Part shown: positions 36,789 to 49,333 of the stretch, piece after piece
Numbering within the stretch: position 1 is the first letter of the stretch
How the letters are laid out: each line of letters begins with the position of its first letter
Origin: Octopus bimaculoides
Lineage: Eukaryota
Reading direction: 5' to 3'
Length of the DNA: 64,000 nt
Assembly: GCF_001194135.2 (NCBI RefSeq)
Contig: NC_068984.1
Span: 104,374,343 to 104,438,342, forward strand
Notes under the pieces: model-generated
Told to the model about the DNA's origin: nothing
What the model saw: the letters and a program-made list of their open reading frames with translations, nothing else
Databases searched by the model: none
Translations under genes and position numbers: made by a program

Positions 36789-37968
36789 CTGCAAATGAAG
36801 AAGGAAAATGAAATTACTTTTAAAATTTTATGGTAAATTCTTGTTAAAATTTACTTGATTTAAATTAATAGACTAATCTTAATTAATGATTCAACTTGTC
36901 AGAGTTTCAGAATTTTTTTAGCAATAATAAAAAAAAACAAACAAAAACAAACTAACAGACAAAAAACAACAAAAAAACAAAACAAAAACAGCCAAGATAT
37001 CAAAATAAACTCTATCCCACCATTAAGTGAGAGATTCGTTAACAAAAATGAAAAAGAATCTAAGACCTAATTAGTTAAAATATTCAAGAACTATCGATGG
37101 AAATGAATGAATATGTGTGTATGTGTGAATGCATATCTGTGTGTTTGTGTATGTATGTGTGTGTATATGTCTCAGTGTTTGTACTTGCATGTGTGTCTAT
37201 GTGTGGTGTTTGTGTATATATGTGTGTGTATATGTGTGAGTGTTTGTGCTTGCATGTCTGTCTATGTGTGGTGTTTGTGTGAACATGAGTGTATGTATAT
37301 ATGTATGTATGTGTGTGTGTGAGAGAGAGAGAAAGAGAGAGAAAATGTGTGTGTGTGTATTTGTGTGTCTGTGCATGTATGTGTGTCTGTGTATGTATCT
37401 GTGTCTGTGCATGTCTGAGTGTTATATGTAAGACAAACTCCACATGATTATTGTGAACTAAGTGAGATAATGTATCTTCAATTCATTGTGAAAAAGCATA
37501 AAAACTTTACTTGATGAGTCACAGTCCCCTCCCTCATTATGTTACTAATGTTCTTCAAACTAGTCAAAACTGGTTTTGTTTTCATTTACATATATCATAT
37601 ATACATGCACATGTATGCATATATATGAATTACAACACTGACAGAGGGGTCTACTGAACAAATTTCTAATTTTTAAAAATTTCTTTCATGTACATTCTAT
37701 TCCATTAATGCTTATTGAGGTAGAAACATCACCTTGTTTGTAGCTGTCAAACTCTTTTGTAATGCAAGTCAGATTGTATGTGATTCTACCATGATAATAT
37801 AATTAAGTAATATGGGAAAACTGAATGAATATAATTTTATCTCACCTATTCAAAATTGCTAATAATGACCACACAGTTTTTGTTTAGCTTCCCTTTTCTC
37901 AAGGTAAATTATTAAAAAATTAAGAATTTACCTAAGTACCTTTATTTAGTATATTCCATCTCGGACTC

Positions 37969-38013
<45 letters not shown>

Positions 38014-38141
38014 GCATGTATAAAGGACACACGTTCGTGTGTCACATAGCTAGCTAGAGGTGATGGCCTCTTGGAGTTAATTAACGGCAGCATTTGTCCT
38101 ATTTTTTGGACTGCCATGTTGGCTTGGCGATAACTATTAAT

Positions 38142-38206
<65 letters not shown>

Positions 38207-38662
38207 CATACACACATTATTAGTTATGATATATAACTGGTTAAGATGTTACCATTGGTTTCGCATCAAATATTGCCAACAGACAATATTGACATCACAT
38301 GAAACTGATGTTGACATTGTGACCAGAACCAGTAATATATTGTTTGATGATGTAAAAATATACCCACTCTTATTATTTATATTGAATGTACTTTTGTTTG
38401 TGACTTATGGACTACTAACTCACTGAATATGTATGTATGTATGTATGTATGTGTGTGTGTGTGTATGTGTGCGTGTATGTATGTATGTGTGTGTGCATGT
38501 ATTGAGGGTATAATATACATCATCATCATCATCGTTTAATGTCTGCTTTCCATGCTAGCATGGATATATGTTAAGGAAATTAAGGTAAACCCCAGTATAA
38601 ATATTTAGTTCCTGTGTATGTGTCATATAAGTTTAATACATGCATATATTTATATATATGCA

Positions 38663-38755
38663 TTTATTAAACTTTTACAAGGAAAAGGCTGACAATGACT
38701 TTGAAGTTTTAGCTTGCTTGCTTTCATCAGATTATCAATGTAAAAGTTTAATAAA
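38663..38755 (-). ncRNA. Degenerate type I hammerhead motif (G12 to A) within a long helix
   Basis: Minus strand reads GAUAAU CUGAUGA A AGC aagcaa GCU AAAAC UUCAAA GUC AUUGUC. 6-bp stem I, plus a perfect 17-bp helix 38663-38679/38739-38755. Confidence 0.55.
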
Positions 38756-40576
38756 CATGTACTCTACTAAAACATATACTCAAATAAAAGTACTGAGTTA
38801 TTCTTCAGTTAAACGTTAAATTGTTTTTCTATATAACTTGATAACTGAGTCTAAAAATAAACACATATATATGTGTAAATATAAATTGGTAAAGACCCCC
38901 TTCGGTCATGAATGACCATGGGATTGCACCTAGAAAGTTATCCTCCGAGGCACAAGTCCGGGCAAGGTTGTCTATGGAGGACTGGCACTCGTCCATGCAT
39001 ACCACTCACCCCACTCCATGTCACTGATGTTGTTCAAGGGAAAGGCAAAGCTTGGCACCAGTCATGTCACTATTCATTTCTAAAGCTGAGTGAACTGGAG
39101 CAACATGAATTTATATGTATATAATCAGCTATAGCTCTTACAATGCGGTGTAAAGTTTTTTCTTATTATCATATTTTTAGAATTACACCTTTTATTTTTC
39201 TAAAGGTTCAGAAAAAATGGCTGAGAGGATAAAAACTAACCCATGACTCATATGTTCACATCCACTGCAGATATTTCTTTTTGTGTTTGGAGAAGGACAC
39301 TATTCTATGTTAAAGATTTGTAGGTACATTGTCTGCTTACATTTGACCTCTCAATACGAAATGTAGCAAAAATCAGTGATGGCTATAAGTTCAATAGAAT
39401 ATCTGTAGAAATAACCTTAACAAAACATTATTCTATGGGTCTAATTTTGTTTGCTGTTGAGAATAGGTACCAGTATTTCTGATGTAGTTATCTACAACAA
39501 GCTAGAATCCTATCTAAGAGTTTTGCTATTTTCCATCCACTTATGACTATGGAAATTCTAACAGTTGCTTGACTTACCATAGTTAGTAACCAAATCTCCC
39601 TGAAATCACACCTTATTGTTTAAAAAAAACTGAGAAATACATACCAGATAAAAACTGAGAAATACACACCACAACATCTGACAAAAACGATGCTTGTCAC
39701 AGTTCAAATGATGATTAAGCAATAGAAAGTTAATACAGAATAGCAGGTAACATGCAAGTGTGATAAAAGTTAGGAGGTGATATGGGAAACTATATATTTG
39801 TGGATCATGCTTAACTATTTAATAGACTATCTTACATGCTAAAGGTCTGTTTGATCCAGGATAACCTGGGATTAAACAACAACTATGGAAACTACAATTC
39901 ATTGCAGATTCTGTTAACATCAAATTTGTGAAATATATCTATATTTTTGAGAAACTTGCCATTGGCTAACTGTTCTGAGACCATGTTTCTAATACACTGC
40001 TAATTTCAATGTTTTAATTAAATTAAATTTTAGTGTTTTAATCAAATTCAATTTTAATGTTTAATTCAATTTGAAAATAATCAAGACTCTAAAAGTATTT
40101 ATCAAAACAAATCTTTTGTTATTTAACTTGTCTTTAGGACATTACTTAATGAAAAATTTTTAGATAAAATTATGATAAAACTTTTAATTAGGATATAAAC
40201 ATTTTAAATTAGACAATTTTGCATCATAAAACCAGAAGTGGTTTCAGCTGGGTTGGGACCAAAATAGTTAAGTGAAACACATTGATAATTCAGACATTAA
40301 AACACTAACACGACTTAAAGATATGAAGAAATATTTTGTTTTAGTTCAATGTCAAATAGTATTTAGATCATTGATATCTAGAGCTTAGAAATGTGGTACT
40401 CTGTGCAGAGAATTATTTTCCAAGAGAATATAAAACCAAATGTTGGTTTACAATATAAAATGATATCAAATATGGTTGAGGACTGTTTTTTAAATTGTTA
40501 AGCAAAGTGTAATACTTATTTGGCCTAAGTTTATTAAATAGATATTTAATATTCTTATGCTAATCTTAACTCTTAC

Positions 40577-40609
40577 CTTATAGGTTAAGGAATTAGCAAT
40601 AGCAAATGT
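40577..40609 (-). CDS. Micro-exon (33 nt, phase 0-0), TFAIANSLTYK
   Basis: gttttataatagtttcag|ACA...AAG|gtaaga; only phase 0 is stop-free, matching the 36788 acceptor. Confidence 0.7.
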
Positions 40610-40765
40610 CTGAAACTATTATAAAACAATTTTAACAATTCTGAACCATCCAACTCATATAGATTAACCAAATTTAATAAAATGCAAATACCTCCAATTT
40701 TAATTTTTCAATTATGTCTTCTTGATGCTGAAAAAAAAAAAGAAAGAAGGTATATATATATATAT

Positions 40766-41175
40766 AGGCGTAGGAGTGGCTGTGTGGTAAGTAGCTTGCT
40801 TACCAACCACATGGTCCCGGGTTCAGTCCCACTGCGTGGCATCTTGGGCAAGTGCCTTCTACTATAGCCTCGAGCCGACCAATGCCTTGTGAGTGGATTT
40901 GGTAGACGGAAACTGAAAGAAGCCCGTCGTATATGTGTATATATATGTGTATGTGTGTGTGTGTGTTTGTATGTCTGTGTTTGTCCCCCCAACATCGCTT
41001 GACAACCGATGCTGGTGTGTTTATGTCCCCGTAACTTAGTGGTTCGGCAAAAGAGACCGATAGAATAAGTACTAGGCTTCCAAAGAATAAGTCCTGGGGT
41101 CGATTTCTTCGACTAAAGGCGGTGCTCCAGCATGGCCGCAGTCAAAAGACTGAAACAAGTAAAAGTGTAAAAGTG
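40766..41175 (+). mobile_element. SINE family A, full length
   Basis: Head nearly identical to the 50566 copy. Confidence 0.9.
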
Positions 41176-41188
41176 TATATATATATAT

Positions 41189-41548
41189 GCTGTGGCACTC
41201 TGTCGGTTACAACGACAAGGGTTCCAGTTGATCCGATCAATGGAACAGCCTGCTCGTGAAATTAACGTGCAAGTGGCAAGCACTTCACAGACACTTGTAC
41301 TCTTAACATAGTTCTTGGGGAGATTCAGCATGACAAAGCTGGTCCTTTGAAATACAGGTACAACAGAAACAGGAAGAAAGAGTGAGAGAAAGTGGTGGTG
41401 AAAGAGAACAGCAAGATTCGTCACCACCCCTGCCCGAACCTTGTGGAGCTTTAAGTGTTTTTGCTCAATAAATACTCACAACGCCTGGTCTGGGAACCGA
41501 AACCATGATCCTACGACTGTAAGTCCACTGCCCTAACTACTGGGCCAT
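41189..41548 (-). mobile_element. tRNA-derived SINE family D
   Basis: Minus-strand head atggcccagtagttagggcagtggacttacagtcgtaggatcatggtttcggttccc with A/B-box-like motifs. Confidence 0.65.
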
Positions 41549-41556
41549 ATGTATAT

Positions 41557-41868
41557 AAAAAGGGTAAAGACCCCCCTTCGGTCATGAATGATTTGCCCCT
41601 CCGAAGCACAAGTCTGGGCAAGATTGTTTATAGAAGACCAGCAATTGCCTATGTATACCAGCTTCCCCTCTCCACATCACTGATGTTATCCAAGGGAAAG
41701 GCAAAGGCCAACATAGCTTAGCACCAGTGATATTACAACTCATTGCTGTGAGTGAGCTGGAGCAACATGAAATAAAGTGTCTTGCTCAAGAACACAACAT
41801 ACAGCCTGGTCTGGGAACTGAACTCACTACTTCATGATTGTGAGTTCAACTCTCTAACCACTGAACCA
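41557..41868 (-). mobile_element. tRNA-derived SINE family C (related partial copies at 18900-19165, 23661-23891, 38888-39110)
   Basis: Shared gctgagtgaactggagcaacatgaaataaagtgtcttgctcaagaacacaa domain and reverse tRNA-like head; the ggtaaagacccccttcggtcatgaatg end is shared with 38888. Confidence 0.75.
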
Positions 41869-42527
41869 AACACACACACATATGTATATATCACTTAAGC
41901 ATATATGTATATACTAACCTTTCAATTAATACCACTAACCCCATACATCCCATACGCCATTCATAGTACAGATCTATATCTACCCTAATTGCACCAAATC
42001 CAGAACTACTTACCTCCCTTACACATAATCTTTTTACTCAGGGACTAGTAGACCTGACACCATTCAGTAATCGGTGTGCATTCAAAGCAATGACTAGTAA
42101 CTTTATGAAACCGGTATGCTTTTGAATCTCTTTAACAATTCACAATAATGACTTTTATTACTTTTATTCCTACCTCAGTTCATCAAATTGTATATATCTA
42201 TCGTTACTTTTCATAAAAAGTCTTTACTTTTTTTGATTTCCAATGTGCATTTTCGCTTATTTTTCTTCTTAGAGTACGCTCTGTCTTATCTTCAAAACGT
42301 CTAGTTAGAATAGAGACAGCTGATGAATGGATATTCCAAGTGGCTTTCCGTTTTCCTATGTGTTCGTTCCGTTGTCTGTAGTTCATTGTTCTAACGTCCT
42401 GTACCCTGATATGCATATATATACACATGTAGATGTAAGTACGTACATATATGTGTGTATACATGTATATATATTCTTTGTATTATTACATTATTGAACG
42501 CACACGTCCTTTTTTGCAAGTAAGTCT

Positions 42528-42568
<41 letters not shown>

Positions 42569-44181
42569 TATACACCTGTCTTCGTCTTTTGTTTTTCTGT
42601 AAATTTCAACTATATATATATATATAANNNNNNNNNNNNNNNNNNNNNNNNNNNNNNNNNNNNNNNNNNNNNNNNNNNNNNNNNNNNNNTATATATATAT
42701 ATATATAATAATAATATAAATAATATATAAATATATGCATATATACATACATATATGTACATACCTACATATATATGTATATATACATGCATAAATGGGT
42801 ACAGGACATCAAAAAAACATGGACAGAATGAGAAGCGAGAACATAAAAAACAAAAACATAGAAAACAAACTTTTTTCGAACAATGAAAAGAACAAACAAA
42901 CAGAGAAACGAGATATGCAACATAAAGAACATTCCCTTCATCAGTTGTCCCTTGTTTTATCTACTCCACATTTTGAAGGTAAGGACAAGATGTGACTTCG
43001 TTAAAACAGTTCTTCCCGCAAAGCAAATTAAATAAAATTTGGGATTTTTTGTGGAGGGTGAAAGTGGTAACAAAAACAGGGCAGTGAGAACAAAACAGTA
43101 AAAACAAACGGTGAGGGCTGTTAAGCCAAGATGATGTGAAGTGGTGAACATGCTGGAAAAACGAGCTTTGAGAAGAGACAGATAAAAGCACGTCTATGTA
43201 TATGTATGTATATATTTTCCAGTCTCACAAGGGTTGGATAGAATTTCTTGAGGCATGTTAAAATCCGATTTTACTATTTATTTGTTTCAGAAAAATTGTA
43301 GAAAAATGTTTTTGAGGTTTAAAGTTTAATCAGTTTTACCTAATCGGAAGTTAGGATTTGGAAGCTGGCATTTTCTGCATGATAGTTGTCTATCGCAAAA
43401 TGAAAGCAAAATCATCATGAGGAGGAATTTTTATCAAACAAACGAAAGCAAAGCATTAGGATGACCAAAGTTGTAAGAACTTCTGAAGTTTTAATAAGTT
43501 TTAATGAATAAAGTCATGTGAAACAGTCGAACAGACATGTAAATAATTTAAAAAGGAAAAAAAAACTCCTTAATGAACGTCCGCTTTCCATGCTAGCATG
43601 GGTTGGACGATTTGACTGAGGACTGGTGAAACCGGATGGCAACACCAGGCTCCAGTCTGATTTGGCAGAGTTTCTACAGCTGGATGCCCTTTACATATAG
43701 ATACACGTATGAATTATTTCACAAGAGAAAAAAAACTTTGACCATAATGTGTGCTCACACACACACAAAAGCAAGCATACATAAAGATTTATAATTCAAA
43801 AAGCACAGGAAATAAACAAACAAAAATGTTTAATTAGTTTAACAGACGAGTACAGTACCACACCAAACTTTCCAGCTCTTAAAGAAGCCCTTAGACCCTA
43901 CCTTCTAACAAAATTCAAAACACATTAGCACAAGCCACTCAACCATAAAATACCATTTATAAGAAGAGATTGTTCTAGATTCTTTCATAAATGTCTTTTG
44001 ATTCAAATAAGCCTTCAACAAAATACTCAAACAAACAAAGCATATCTTTCAAATTCCTTAACTTTGACCAAAACAATATTCCCACCAAGGGTTCTCTGTG
44101 GAAATGTAGTTGGGATGGTCAAAGGCTCAAATAAGGTCAAAGAACTGAGAAAAAAAAAATTATTTCCAAATATTTTTTTTG

Positions 44182-44427
44182 GAAGAATTGGGCTGTTGCA
44201 CTAAAACAAAAGTGAAGACTGCTGTAAAAGAAAATGCAACACCTGTCTTAGGCCCATATGGATCATGCCATTTGTGGCAATAGACCAGGTCAACAAAGAG
44301 CTGGAAAGTCTAGCTATGATTGAGAAAATCGACCACTCAGACTGGGCAGCACTGACAGTTTATGTGAAAAAAAAAGAATAAACTAAGAGTGTGTGCAGAT
44401 TTCTCAACAGGATTAAATGACTGTTTA
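44182..44427 (+). pseudogene. Ty3/gypsy pol relic (start of RT domain)
   Basis: EELGCCTKTKVKTAVKENATPV...DQVNKELESL..IEKIDHSDWAALTVYVKKK/NKLRVCADFSTGLNDCL, with frameshifts. Confidence 0.8.
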
Positions 44428-44578
44428 GTCAAACACAGAGTTCCTAAAAATAGACACAAGAAAGAAAAAATATAAAGTTGTACAAATAAAAAAAGAAAAA
44501 ACTCAAAAAAGGGAGGTGGGGTGAATAATGTAAAATGAAATTACTTGCTTCCCAAACAGAAAAAGCTAAAATGGGGGA

Positions 44579-44954
44579 TGTTATAGTGGAAATGGTGCAC
44601 CCTTCCCATGGGACAAGTGGTATGAGTTAGCCACTATAAAGCGAGATGACATCAACCAGTACAGGGAGTCACGTGCCAGTCATTGTAGACTTGTATGAGT
44701 TTTCAGTTGGAATTAAGTGTTAGTTATGTGTTATAGTTGAGTTTGAGTTACAGTCAAAGTAGATGGTTCAAATTCAGTTTTCTTGCAAAGCTACAGTGAT
44801 AGCATGATAGATGAAGTGGTGCATTGCCATTCTAGAATAGAAGTTATACACAATCTGATCCTAAGAAAATATTGTGACTACTAGAGTAGATACAACAGCT
44901 ACAGTCACAACAGTGGCCACACATTATAACTGTGGAAAACACCACATCATAACA
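44579..44954 (+). mobile_element. Probable LTR (TGTTAT...ATAACA) preceded by a purine-rich tract
   Basis: 6-bp terminal inverted repeat TG...CA; aaaatggggga immediately 5'; homologous inverted copy at 32262-32622. Confidence 0.6.
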
Positions 44955-45111
44955 GTCCCATTGCCTGGTATATTAGGAAAATTGCTTCTCCTAAAACCTT
45001 GGGTCATATAATACTTTGTGACTGTAATTTAGTAGATGGAAACTGTATGGAAGCCTGTTGTGTGTGTGTGTGTGTGTGTGCGTGTTTTGTGTATATCTGT
45101 ATTTGTATATA

Positions 45112-45672
45112 CAGGGTGTGGTGTATAAACTGTCAGGGTGCGGTGTATAAACTAAATTACGCAAAAATGAAAATAACACTGACATCTCATTTTAACAGAT
45201 ATATTTATCAAAATTACGTAAAAATATCTAGAAATGCGAAAGAGTAAATTTATTCCATAAAATCGCCATTGGCTTCAACCACAGCCTCCAGATGACTTCA
45301 GAATCTCCTGCAACTTGTTTAAGTTGGTAAATGCTGCCATAATCCTTGCCTTCAGTTCATCTTTGGTGTTACAAAGAGTTTTGATGGTCTCTCACTCAAC
45401 TGTGCCCCACACATAATAATCAAGAGGGTTGCTGTCTGGGGAGTTAGGTGGCCAGATGTCTGTCAGCCATGACTGGGTTCTCCTGCTTGTGCAGCATGGT
45501 GCAGAATCCTGTTGCCAAACATAGGGTCTTCCAGCAGCCACCCTATTCACCCAGGGAAGCACTACCTCCTCCAGGCACTTGATGTAGGCCTCTGTGTTGA
45601 GTCTGAGGCCACGTGGGAAGATGAATGGAGGAATGACGTTGCCATCACTAGTAATCACTGCAAACACCATGA
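45112..45672 (-). mobile_element. DD37D-type element fragment with tandemly duplicated TIR
   Basis: cagggtgtggtgtataaactgt cagggtgcggtgtataaact at the end; ORF 45392..45670 QQDSAPC...WPPNSPDSNPLDYYVWG. Confidence 0.85.
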
Positions 45673-46442
45673 ATACTGGTTAATTACTATTAGAAATACC
45701 AATCACCTACTGGGGTTGATTTAGTTATCAGTAACCATCAAAATCTCAAAATGATGTCCTATTTATAAGTTGAGTTAATTCCAACCACAAGCTTAAGATA
45801 CAATCCAGCCCTTGAATACTTTTAGCAGACTCCACTCTGTTGTAAGCATTTTGGATCAGGTTTTTGGTCTGAAATCAACCTCCTTCTTTCCTCCCAAAAG
45901 CCTTAGAGATCCCTTTGACTAAGCCTTTAAAAAAAAATGGAACAGATAATCTAAGAATGTTATCTCTTATAGATAGACTGGTATTGAATCCAGCAAGACA
46001 ACTCCACCAGTTCATTCCACATAACTTGAGCTATGCATCAGCTCTCAAAGCATCCTTTGGCCTTCGGAGACATTTAAATTTACATTACACACACACACAT
46101 ATGAACATATAATATTGTTAGGGAACATAACATTAAAATACAAAATTTTAAAATTTCCTGTATTTTATATTAATTTTCTCTTAAAAAGATGATGATAATG
46201 ATGATGATGATGACAATGATGATGGTAGTAATAATAACAACAACAACTACAACAATAAAAAAATTTCAGAGCCAAGTCTGTAGAATTATCATTTGTGCAA
46301 AAGTGATATTAAAAAAATATTCACGTACAGATGTCATCATCATAATATACATGTGTCAAAAATCAATGGGAACACTAATACATATATGCTAATATTTTCT
46401 ATTATCTTTATTTTATGTTCCATTCACTGCATACAAAATTAC

Positions 46443-46476
46443 TTGCCGATATGCTGCATCTTGGCTGATAAATAAG
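46443..46476 (-). CDS. Micro-exon (34 nt, phase 2-0), LFISQDAAYRQ
   Basis: cctacaacatttttacag|C...CAA|gtaatt; joins the 40609 exon in frame (SQDAAYRQTFAIANSLTYKIKNLE). Confidence 0.5.
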
Positions 46477-47504
46477 CTGTAAAAATGTTGTAGGACATTT
46501 TCTCTGCAAGCAGTTGGCAAAAATCAATATTTAGTTGCCTTACTATTATTTTAATCGCTTCTGTTATTTTAGGCATGCTTTGAATAAATCTTTATAAACA
46601 GCTTCCCATTAAAACACACCATTTTGCCAGCATCATATTGAAATTATTTTCCAGAGATGGTTTCTTGTATCTTGAGAGTATGCTGACACCTCATCCCCAC
46701 TGTTGTCTTCCTTCCAGCTACTCCTACCCATCTTTATATAATGCAGGGTAGTCTTGTATTTCTTCTATAACAAGACATCTGTGCCTGTCCTTCTATAATA
46801 ATTTAATCTCTCAACACTTGGTATAAAACCACCTCCCTCTCTATTATAACCTCACCCAATTGAGGGGTCTTCTTTGCCTTGTGAGTTAATTGGCAACCTA
46901 AACTGGTGCCGGTACCATGGAAAAAGCACTCAGTACACACTGTAAAGTGGTTTGCATTAGGAAGGGTAATGAGCTGTAGAAACCATGTCAAAGCAGACAT
47001 TGGAGTTTTATGCAGTCCTCTGGCTCAATGGATCCTGTCAAACTGTCTAACCCATGCCAGCATGGAAGTCAGGCATAAAATGATGATGATGGTGGTTCTT
47101 GGCACTTAATTCATTATTTAATTAAAATCTATAGATTTTGGATTTAATGAATGAAATATAAGTAAACAAAACAAATTTCTTAGAATTTGGGGTCGTACAG
47201 ATGGCAGTTGAAGGATTAAAGGACATGTGAAATACTGGAGCTACTAATCCTGACCAGATAAGATTGGATTTCCACCCCAAAATTTTTGGGGTCAGTTGTG
47301 CAATAATTTAACTGATAGTTAACTATGAAGCAGTTCAGTCACGAATTGGTATAAAGAACTGATTAGGTCTGTTCATTAATGAATTCCATTTAAGAGATAG
47401 AATAACTATATATCCTTTTAGAGAATATGTCTTATCAGAAAGCGTGGTAAAAGTAACTAACATTAGATACATTTATTATAGAGAATATAAACAGACAGCT
47501 GTCT

Positions 47505-47815
47505 GTTTATGAAGTTTGCTTCTCAGCCACATGGTCTTCAATTCAGTCCCACTGTATGGCACCTTGGGCAAGTATCTTCTACTATAGCCTTAGGTTGACC
47601 AAAGCCTTGTGAGTGGATTTGGTGGACAGAACCTGAAAGAAGACTATTATACAAACATACATACATACATACATACATACATACATACATACGCACACAC
47701 ATACACACACATACATACACAAGCATGCATACATACATATACACACATTCATACATATATACATACATGCGCACATGCATACATCTGTGTGTGTGTGTGT
47801 ATGTGTATGTGTGTT

Positions 47816-47848
<33 letters not shown>

Positions 47849-47889
47849 TTGTGTGTGTATGTATGTATGTATGTAAGTATGTATGTATG

Positions 47890-47953
<64 letters not shown>

Positions 47954-48130
47954 TGGTATCCTTTGTTTTCAATCTTCTGTGCAAACATGTTTGGCCAAGG
48001 GGAATTATTACCATAGTTAGAAATAGGTGAGGCTTGCAACAGAAAGGGCATATGACAATAGAAAATCTGCTTCAGCAAATTCTGTTTCAACAATGCATGC
48101 ATGGAAAAGTGAACATTAAAATGATGATAA
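47505..48130 (+). mobile_element. Diverged SINE family-A-related copy with RTE-like 3' tail, expanded internal microsatellite
   Basis: Family-A head; tail ...gcatgcatggaaaagtgaacattaaaatgatgat resembling RTE 3' ends. Confidence 0.65.
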
Positions 48131-48665
48131 TGATAAAACATTTGCTAACATATGCAGCAGCTAAATAATAATAAAAGAAAATGAAATTGATCTCTCTCTC
48201 AGTTTGATAAGCACTATGCATGAAACTTTTGACCCTAGAGTCACTTTTGTAACATTCTGTCATGAAACAGAGATAAGTGGGTGTATTTTGTGTGCAAGAG
48301 TTAAGATAGAGAAGATACTTAGCCATACTCCTCACAAGCAAGAAATAGCAATATATATTCTTCAGGTGAATAAAAGTGATGTTGGGGACAAGGTAGGAAT
48401 ATTGTTGGCTCGGAAATGAGATGGGTGCAAAGTATCATGAGTTCTGTAGTGCAATATATCTAAAAATTTGCACCACCCACTTCAAGAAACCAACCAACCA
48501 ACCAGCCACCTCATCACCTTAAAATATAGCAAACACACAATTCAGATATATTTCAACCTTACTAGGAAATGGACCAGATTGGCCATTGTAAATACTAACA
48601 TTGCATGGTTGGGAAGCAAATGTCTGAGCCACACAACCATTTCTGTGTCCATAGCCACACCTGCA

Positions 48666-48735
<70 letters not shown>

Positions 48736-49194
48736 TTAATGAAGAATATATGGATTTAACTCATCATGTGGTACACACAAAAAAAGGTCCATTAGTGTGG
48801 ACCAGGCTATACACCACATTGTAAACCAATACAGAGAGGTGTAATTTATAGTCCTATGCAGTTGAAATCCTATAAATCCAGTTAGTAATGATTATTTCAT
48901 TAGGAGTATAACACACACACACACACGCTCACACAGATATATATATATATTTGTGTGTGTGTGTGTATGTATCTAATATAAATATGTGTGTATATAGATT
49001 TATTATATGTGTGTATAAACACACACACACACACACACACAAATGTGAATGTGCACATATATGCACATTCACACTCACATATATACAGATACACATTTAT
49101 ATATATACACTAGTAACACTGGTTCTTATTAGTCAAAGTAAGTACAAGGACAAAGATGTTGCTGGGGGGCCTGCTAAATTATATTGGTGACTAC

Positions 49195-49333
49195 CTGAGA
49201 AGGGCAGATTTTCTATGCTGCTCATTTTCAGGAATTTTAATCTGTGGTATTTGGCTTGCGATGGTGAGTTCACTGAATATTCTCCCAGCAGAATATCTGC
49301 TTGTGAAACCATCTGGATCACATCTTGGACCTT
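49195..49333 (-). CDS. Candidate exon (phase 1-2), GPRCDPDGFTSRYSAGRIFSELTIASQIPQIKIPENEQHRKSALL; 5' boundary uncertain
   Basis: Donor CTCAG|gtagtc at 49195/49194. The phase-2 frame splices open through 46476-40609-36788, whereas the alternative frame (ORF 49133..49462) hits a stop in the 40577 exon. Acceptor (catgaacag|aag, NAGNAG) is weak. Confidence 0.4.

Noticed and set aside
39341-39402. Good acceptor and donor pair (tttctacag ... gtaagc) on minus
   Set aside because: All three frames contain stops.
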